A DNA stretch of 64,000 nucleotides from Acidobacteriota bacterium (GTDB taxonomy: Bacteria > Acidobacteriota > Vicinamibacteria > Marinacidobacterales > Marinacidobacteraceae). The position numbers and the translations under genes were made by a program. The notes beneath the pieces were generated by a model. That model saw only the letters and a list, made by a program, of their open reading frames with translations, was not told where the DNA came from and searched no databases. Positions 58,495 to 64,000 of the stretch are shown piece after piece (the stretch's first letter is position 1; each line of letters opens with the position of its first letter). The DNA lies in assembly GCA_022828085.1 (NCBI GenBank), contig JAJEIY010000046.1:556-64555 (forward strand). The letters run 5' to 3'.

Positions 58495-60926
58495 ACCTCC
58501 AGGCCGAGCAGCAGGACTTTGCCGCGGCGGGCGCGCTCGCCGACGAGCTGCCCTACTGGGGCTGGCTGAAGGAACATCCCTTCTGCCTCACCCGCGCCGG
58601 CGAGTTCCTGGCGGCCGCCGAACTGGAGCCGGCCGTCCTGGACGGCCGCACTCCCGAGCAGCTGGACCAGGTGCTGAACCGCTGGCAGCGCCTGCTCTCC
58701 TCCCTCGACACCAGCACCCGGCTCTACTTCTACCTGCTCCGTCGCCCCGGCGTCCTGGGCGAGGTCACCGGCCTCGACGGCGTCGCCGCCCTCTCCCAGC
58801 GGAACCGGCGCGACTTCCTCCTGTCCCGGATCCACGACCTCCGGACGTTCGTCGTCTGGAGCCACAACCCCGGCCTCGAGCGGGCGGGTCGCTCCGGCCC
58901 CCGGGGCAACCACTGGCTGGTCGAGTACGCGCGCAACTGGCTCCGGGCGCGCCGTAACCCCCACGAGTCCGTCTTTCTCCTCGCCGAGGTGCGCCAGGCC
59001 GCCACCCGCTTCCGCCAGCTCGTCGAGGCCTCCGCCGCCCTCGCCAACGAGGTCACCCCGATCCGCCTCCTGCCGGCGGACGAGGCGACTCCCTTCCTGA
59101 GCGAACTCGTCAACCGTCCCGGCCTCGAGTGGCACGGCGACGCCGCGGCCAGCGCCCTCAACTGGCGGCTGCCGCTCTCCGAACTCGAAGCCGAGCGCCA
59201 ACACCTCCGGCTCGACGGCGAGCCCGTCATCCTCTACTCCCTCCTCTCGCCGCCGGCCACCGCCCGCGCCAACCTCCTCTACGAACTCGCCCGCATGGAG
59301 GCGCGGTTCACCCTGTCTCTCGAGTGGCGTCCCTACGCCCTCGAGGCCGCCCGGCGCAAGATCCGGAGCGCGCAGCGCCACTACTTCTCGAAGCGCTACT
59401 CCATGGCGGCGCACGTGCAGGACACCGAGGGCACGGCTTCGGCCATGGTCGATGCCGCCGCCGACGCCGAGGCCGACCGCCTCGGCGGCGCCCTCGTCGA
59501 GCTCGAGGCCGACGGCGTCGGCTACGGCGACGTATCGCTAACGATCGCGCTGCACGGTCCGCTCGCGGAAACGGAGCGCCAGGACGCTGAACTGCGCCGG
59601 ATCTTCTCCGGCTGCGACGCCAAGCTCATCCGCGAGGGCTACGGCCAGCTCGCCAGCTGGTTCGCGCGCATGCCGGCCATGCCGCGCAAGCGGCAGATCC
59701 GTTCCGTCTTCGCGAGCGCGGGCGTCGCCTCCTGCCTGGCGCCACTCTTCGGGCCCCCGCGCGGCCACCGGGTCAGCAAGCACCTCTCCCGGCCGGCTTT
59801 GGCCACGTTCGAGACTCCCTGGAAGACCTCGTATCACTACGACCTCTTCGCGGGGGCCGATGTCGGGCACACGCTCATCCTCGGCGCCACCGGCGCGGGC
59901 AAGAGCTTCACGCTCAACTTCCTGCTCGTCCAGGCCCTCCAGTACCAGCCGCGGGTCCTCATCCTGGACCTCGGCGGCTCCTACCGGTGGCTCACCCAGT
60001 TCCTGGGCGGCGGCTACCTCCAACTCGCCCCCGAGCGCGCCGACGGCGCGCTCGCCCTCAAGCCCTTCTCCCTGCCCTCCGGCGAGCGGACCTTCCAGTT
60101 CCTCACCGGCTGGATCACCCGCCTTCTCCGCATCGGCGGCTACGAACTCACCGGACGGGATCCGTCCGAGATCCGGAGCCGCGTCGAGGACCTCTACGCC
60201 TTCTCCGAGGCCCAGCGCTCCCTGTCCGCGTTCGTCTCCTCCCTGCCGAAGGGGATGTGGCCGGCCATGAGCCGCTGGCACGGCAACGGCGCCTGGGCCG
60301 CTTACTTCGACAACCCGGGCGCCGACGAACTGCAGCTCCAGGACTGGCAGGTCATCGACCTCGCCGGCGCCGCAGAGCACGAGGACCTCTGCGAGGCCGC
60401 GCTGTTCTACCTCCTCGAGCGCATGCGCCTCGCCCTCGAGAACCCGGACGAGGCGGCCCGCGTCAAGCTGATGGTCGTCGACGAGGCCTGGCGGTACCTC
60501 CGGGACCCCGCCATCCTCGCCTACCTCGCGGAGGCGGCGAAGACCTGGCGGAAGCGCAACGCCGCCCTCGTCCTCGCCACCCAGTCCGCGATCGACGTCA
60601 CCGCCAGCCCGGCGGCGAAGGGGCTCCTCGAGTCCCTCCCGACGAAGCTCTTCCTGGCCAACCCCGACCTCCCCGACCAGGTCGGCGAGATCTTCCGCCT
60701 CAACGAGACGGAGATGGCCACCATCCGCCAGCTCGTCCCCAAGCAGGAGCTCTACCTGCGCCGGTCCCAGTCCGCCGGCGTCCTCCGCCTCCACGTCGAC
60801 CCCGAGAGCTACTGGCTCTACACGTCCTCTCCCATCGACTCCGAGCGGCGCGCCGAGGCGGTCGCGGCGCACGGCCTCACCGGCGGCCTCGCCGCCCTCG
60901 CCAGACAAACGGAGCTCTCCACATGA
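58491..60926 (+). CDS. VirB4/TrbE T4SS ATPase
   Basis: Walker A GATGAGKSF, Walker B LMVVDEAW and CagE/TrbE-like domains. Internal ATG at 58491; the tool ORF start at 58197 is over-extended. Confidence 0.85.
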   Translation: MNLQAEQQDFAAAGALADELPYWGWLKEHPFCLTRAGEFLAAAELEPAVLDGRTPEQLDQVLNRWQRLLSSLDTSTRLYFYLLRRPGVLGEVTGLDGVAALSQRNRRDFLLSRIHDLRTFVVWSHNPGLERAGRSGPRGNHWLVEYARNWLRARRNPHESVFLLAEVRQAATRFRQLVEASAALANEVTPIRLLPADEATPFLSELVNRPGLEWHGDAAASALNWRLPLSELEAERQHLRLDGEPVILYSLLSPPATARANLLYELARMEARFTLSLEWRPYALEAARRKIRSAQRHYFSKRYSMAAHVQDTEGTASAMVDAAADAEADRLGGALVELEADGVGYGDVSLTIALHGPLAETERQDAELRRIFSGCDAKLIREGYGQLASWFARMPAMPRKRQIRSVFASAGVASCLAPLFGPPRGHRVSKHLSRPALATFETPWKTSYHYDLFAGADVGHTLILGATGAGKSFTLNFLLVQALQYQPRVLILDLGGSYRWLTQFLGGGYLQLAPERADGALALKPFSLPSGERTFQFLTGWITRLLRIGGYELTGRDPSEIRSRVEDLYAFSEAQRSLSAFVSSLPKGMWPAMSRWHGNGAWAAYFDNPGADELQLQDWQVIDLAGAAEHEDLCEAALFYLLERMRLALENPDEAARVKLMVVDEAWRYLRDPAILAYLAEAAKTWRKRNAALVLATQSAIDVTASPAAKGLLESLPTKLFLANPDLPDQVGEIFRLNETEMATIRQLVPKQELYLRRSQSAGVLRLHVDPESYWLYTSSPIDSERRAEAVAAHGLTGGLAALARQTELST

Positions 60927-61813
60927 TCCCCGGCTTCCCCGCGATCCCGCCCCGTCTCCTCCTCTTCCTGCTCGTGTTCCTCCTCTGCCAGGGGCTCGCA
61001 CCGCTCGCGGCGCCCCAGGACGGGCACATCCTCCGGCTCGACGACACCCCCGAGGACACCGTCTGGCGGCTCCAGACCCGCACCCGCCACACCACCGTCA
61101 TCACCCTCCCGCCGCACGAGACCATCCTGGACTTCGTCGTCGGCGACGCCGAGTACTGGCACCTCTCCGGCAGCGCCAACGTCGCCTTCCTCAAGCCGAT
61201 CGCGGACGATGCCGCGACCAACATCGCGCTGGTCTGCGAGTCCGGACGGATCTACACCTTCCTCGTCGCCGAGTCCGCAGAAGAGGAGCCCCACCTCGTC
61301 GTCCGCTTCCCGGCCGCCGGGCCGGACGACGGCACCACCGACGTCCCCGCGCCGACGGCCCGCGGCGCCCACGAGCCGGCATTCGTCGCCCGCTCCCGGG
61401 TCCAGTCCTACCAAGCCATGGCCACCCAGGCGCGCGCCGAGGTGCAGGCCGCCCGGGCCGACGCCGAAGAGCAGATCGACGCGGCCCGCCAGGCCGCCGC
61501 GGACGAGATCGACGCCTACCGCGCGGCGTATCCGCTCCGGATCGAGTTCCCCTACACGCTCGACAAGAAAGCCCGCGAGTGGCCCTTCCTGGTCGAGGCC
61601 ATGTGGCACGACGGCCAGTTCACCTACCTCCGGAGCCGCGCCCAGGAGTCCCCCGCGCTCTACGAGCGCAAGGACGGCGAGCCCTCCCTCGTCCCCTACG
61701 ACCTCACCGAGACCGGCCTCTACGTCGTGCGCCGCATCATCGGCGAAGGCTGGCTTCAACTCGGCAGGGAACGCGCCCGCTGGCGCTTCACGCCCCCGGA
61801 CCCCCTGCCGTGA
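60923..61813 (+). CDS. secreted VirB9/TrbG-like N-domain protein with an alpha-helical C-terminal half
   Basis: Signal peptide, then FVVGDAEYWHLSGSANVAFLKPIADDAATNIALVCESGRIYTFLV, which resembles the VirB9 N-domain signature (GD..W....N.F.KP.....TNL.V.T..R.Y.F.L). Overlaps the virB4 stop (ATGA). Confidence 0.45.
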   Translation: MIPGFPAIPPRLLLFLLVFLLCQGLAPLAAPQDGHILRLDDTPEDTVWRLQTRTRHTTVITLPPHETILDFVVGDAEYWHLSGSANVAFLKPIADDAATNIALVCESGRIYTFLVAESAEEEPHLVVRFPAAGPDDGTTDVPAPTARGAHEPAFVARSRVQSYQAMATQARAEVQAARADAEEQIDAARQAAADEIDAYRAAYPLRIEFPYTLDKKAREWPFLVEAMWHDGQFTYLRSRAQESPALYERKDGEPSLVPYDLTETGLYVVRRIIGEGWLQLGRERARWRFTPPDPLP

Positions 61814-62109
61814 ACATCGCTCACCGCTCCCCGCGCCGCTCGGGAACCCCCCTCGCGGAGACGGCCGGTCCTCCAGACCGTCCGGAGAGCGCCAGCCTTT
61901 CGCCCGGATGCCGGCGGCCACGGTGCGCAAACGCGCCTGAGACGCCTCCTGAGCGCACGGCCGGCCGGACGGCCCGCGTGCCGCGTACACCCCGGAAACG
62001 GCGAGAGACGCCCGTTTTCGGGCCTTCCCGGGCCATTTCCGACCGAAGCCGTGCGTCCGGAAGCCTCCGGAGCCCGCCTTTCGCGCCCGCGCCTGTCTGA
62101 CATCCCCCC

Positions 62110-63534
62110 ATGACCATTTGGAAACGCATCGCCGCCAGCCCCGCCGGCGCACCCCGCCGGCTCTCCCCGCTCGCCCTCGGCGCGATCCTCCTGGCAGAGG
62201 GCTACGCCTCGCTGGGGGCCGAGATCCTGGCGCTGCGGCGCATCGCCCCCTGGGCCGGGACCTCGGTGGACGTCACCACCGTGCTCCTCGCCGCCTACCT
62301 GGCCGCCCTCGCCGGCGGCTACCGCCGCGGCGGGCGCCTCGCCCGTGACGGCGACCCCCGCCCGCGGCTCGCGTTCCGCCTGACGCTCGCCGCGGCCCTC
62401 GCCGCCTTCTGGCTGTCCGAGCCCGGCATCCTGCTGGCCTTCGGCCTGCCGCTCCCCCCGCTGGTCCAGGCGGCCTTCTACGCGGTCGTGGGCATCGCTC
62501 CCGTCGGCTGGCTCCTCGCGGAGTGCGTTCTGCTGGCCCACGCCTGCGCGCCCACCGGCGAACGCTCGGCGACCGCCGGCCGCGTCTTCGCCCTCTCCAC
62601 CGTCGGGAACGTCGCGGGGGCGCTCGCCACGACGTTCCTGCTGTTGCGCTTTCTCGGTACCGCCGCCGCCGCACTCGTCCTCTGCGCAGGCCTGCTGGGC
62701 GCGGCCCTGCTGGCCTTCCGGCGCAGCGTCCCGCTGGCCGCCTGCGCGGCCGTTGCCGTCTTCCTCGCCGTCGACCTCTGGACCGAGGCGTCCGTCTACG
62801 TCGAGCGCAACGCCTACGCCGACTATCGCATTGCGGAGCGCGACGGCGGGCGGGTCCTCGAACTCAACCAGCAATGGGCCTCCCGCCATGACGCCGCCGG
62901 CAAGGGTTGGCCCTATGTCGAGCTCCTCGAGGCGACCCTGTGCGAGGCCGGCGAGACGCGTGTGCTGGTGCTCGGCGCCGGCGGGATGACCATCGGCCAG
63001 GGCGCCCCCTGCGCGCTCGAGCCGGTCTTCCTCGACCTCGACCCGGACCTGGAGCGCATCGCCTCCGACTTCCTGGACGTCCCCGAAGGCGCCGCGGGGA
63101 CCTTCCATGCCCGCGACGCGCGCGCCTTCCTCCGGGACGACCCCGGAGGCTGGGACGCGATCGTCGCCGATGCCTTCACCAACTGGCGCTCCGTTCCCCG
63201 CCACCTTCTCACCGTCGAGTTCTACGGCCTGGCCCGCTCCCGCCTCCGTCCCGGCGGCTCGCTCTACGTCAACCACGTCGCCCACGGCGATCCGGCCGGC
63301 GAGCGGCTGTTCCTCACCCGCGTCGAACGCACCCTCCGCAGCGTGTTCGCCGGCTGCGCCATGCGCGAGACCGGTCTGCCGCCCGGCACCGGCTGGCACG
63401 CCGCCGCCACCATCCCCCGCGGCCTCCTCTTCCGCTGCCTCCGGTCGGATCTCGACGGGGACCGCGCCGTCTACTCCGACGCTTTGCCGCGGGCTGACCT
63501 CGACCGCGGCCTCCGGCTGGGAGCCCCCGACTGA
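62110..63534 (+). CDS. polytopic membrane protein fused to a spermidine-synthase-like (class I SAM-MTase fold) domain
   Basis: ~7 N-terminal TM helices, then VLVLGAGGMTIGQG..DLDPD..F..WDAIVADAF..YGLARSRLRPGGSLYVNHV, typical of the SpeE-like fold. Confidence 0.6.
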   Translation: MTIWKRIAASPAGAPRRLSPLALGAILLAEGYASLGAEILALRRIAPWAGTSVDVTTVLLAAYLAALAGGYRRGGRLARDGDPRPRLAFRLTLAAALAAFWLSEPGILLAFGLPLPPLVQAAFYAVVGIAPVGWLLAECVLLAHACAPTGERSATAGRVFALSTVGNVAGALATTFLLLRFLGTAAAALVLCAGLLGAALLAFRRSVPLAACAAVAVFLAVDLWTEASVYVERNAYADYRIAERDGGRVLELNQQWASRHDAAGKGWPYVELLEATLCEAGETRVLVLGAGGMTIGQGAPCALEPVFLDLDPDLERIASDFLDVPEGAAGTFHARDARAFLRDDPGGWDAIVADAFTNWRSVPRHLLTVEFYGLARSRLRPGGSLYVNHVAHGDPAGERLFLTRVERTLRSVFAGCAMRETGLPPGTGWHAAATIPRGLLFRCLRSDLDGDRAVYSDALPRADLDRGLRLGAPD

Positions 63535-63540
63535 TGCCCG

Positions 63541-64000
63541 ACTGGAAGCAGATCGCCAGCAAGCCCGCCGGGGCGCTACCCGCCAACCTCGTCACCAAGG
63601 TCGGCGTCCTCCTCATCACCGTCCTCCTGCTCGCCCTCATCCTCAGCGCCTCGCTCTCCTCCGACGACCCCGAGGACGTCACCGGCGCCGCCCCCGGCGA
63701 AGCCGACGAGCCGGTCGTCGCTCCCGGCATGGCACGCGGCCTCCGGTCCCAGATCGAGCAACAGGAGCGCCAACAGGAATACCAGCAGCTGATCGAGGAA
63801 CGCGACGCGGAACGACAGCGGATCCGCGACGCGCTCGGCATCACCGGGGGCCGCCCGTCAACCGGGTCCGACGCGGCGCCTGCCGAGCTTCCCGCGGTCG
63901 ACCCCGATACCGGGGAGGAGCTCACCCCCGAGGAATACGAACTGCGGCAGGCCATCCGGCTCGAAGAGCTCGAACGCCAGCTCCGCTCGCTCCGGACCCA
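63541..64000 (+). CDS. TrbI/VirB10-like protein, N-terminal part (TM anchor plus Pro/Glu-rich and coiled region); truncated by window end
   Basis: TM VGVLLITVLLLALIL, then an acidic/Pro-rich linker and a coiled coil, in the position expected for trbI. Confidence 0.4.

Larger units (their letters stand above)
50050..64000. mobile_element. plasmid-like / conjugative element (partial; right end beyond window) with iterons, a candidate Rep, a primase, an ArdC triplet and a Trb/VirB-type T4SS
   Basis: Abrupt change from housekeeping genes to replication, anti-restriction and conjugation genes after 50.05 kb, with a locally low-GC junction at 50090-50110. No integrase or att site seen in the window. 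Confidence 0.6.

Noticed and set aside
59987-60922. 608-aa ORF starting at 59987 in an alternate frame of virB4
   Set aside because: Only the part after the ATG at 60923 (signal peptide MIPGFPAIPPRLLLFLL) is coding; upstream is Arg/Pro-rich overlap with virB4.

Overview
This is a 64 kb window at roughly 70% GC, so spurious long ORFs appear on every strand and frame. By content and synteny, about 50 kb on the left is chromosomal housekeeping DNA from a Gram-negative bacterium. The last ~14 kb (about 50.05 kb to the end) is a plasmid-like or conjugative element. I suspect a Gemmatimonadota-like lineage, but that is only inference from composition and gene content.

Features supported by the sequence in the chromosomal part:
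- TAXI-type TRAP transporter (receptor plus permease)
- mutS, tsaB, a DUF465 protein, psd-pssA
- a very large 14-TM sensor histidine kinase with a small lipoprotein
- PQQ beta-propeller protein, guaA, dnaE, accA
- an LptC/LptA-like protein, lptB, rpoN, and PTS EIIA(Man), HPr and EI
- the SOS mutagenesis cassette ssb-lexA-imuA-imuB-dnaE2
- tol-pal (tolQRAB, pal, cpoB)
- recN, miaB, a bifunctional nuclease, parA and parB
- a redox cluster (redoxin, DsbD N-terminal-domain protein, OsmC-like protein, flavin reductase) and a PEGA lipoprotein

Features supported in the element:
- six tandem 20-21 bp iterons directly downstream of a 443-aa hypothetical protein, which I treat as a candidate Rep
- a CCCAATTC direct-repeat and palindrome block
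- a (CA)14 microsatellite
- a RepB'-type primase-like gene, a 72-aa highly acidic protein, and three tandem ArdC-like paralogs, only one of which keeps HExxH
- type IV secretion genes: trbC/virB2, virB3, virB4, a VirB9-like protein, a polytopic membrane protein with a spermidine-synthase-like domain, and a TrbI/VirB10-like N-terminus

Most notable observations:
- Two in-frame TGA codons sit exactly at the catalytic Cys positions of a thioredoxin-fold redoxin (W-U-P-F-C) and an OsmC-like protein. Together they suggest two adjacent selenoproteins.
- A 14-nt motif, CCACAGGCTGCTA(G/A), recurs immediately upstream of three unrelated genes. A related element flanked by 11-bp inverted repeats lies in the EIIA-HPr spacer.
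- The element carries a candidate anti-defence leading region: the primase, the acidic possible DNA mimic, and three ArdC-like genes.

No rRNA, tRNA or CRISPR array was recognised.
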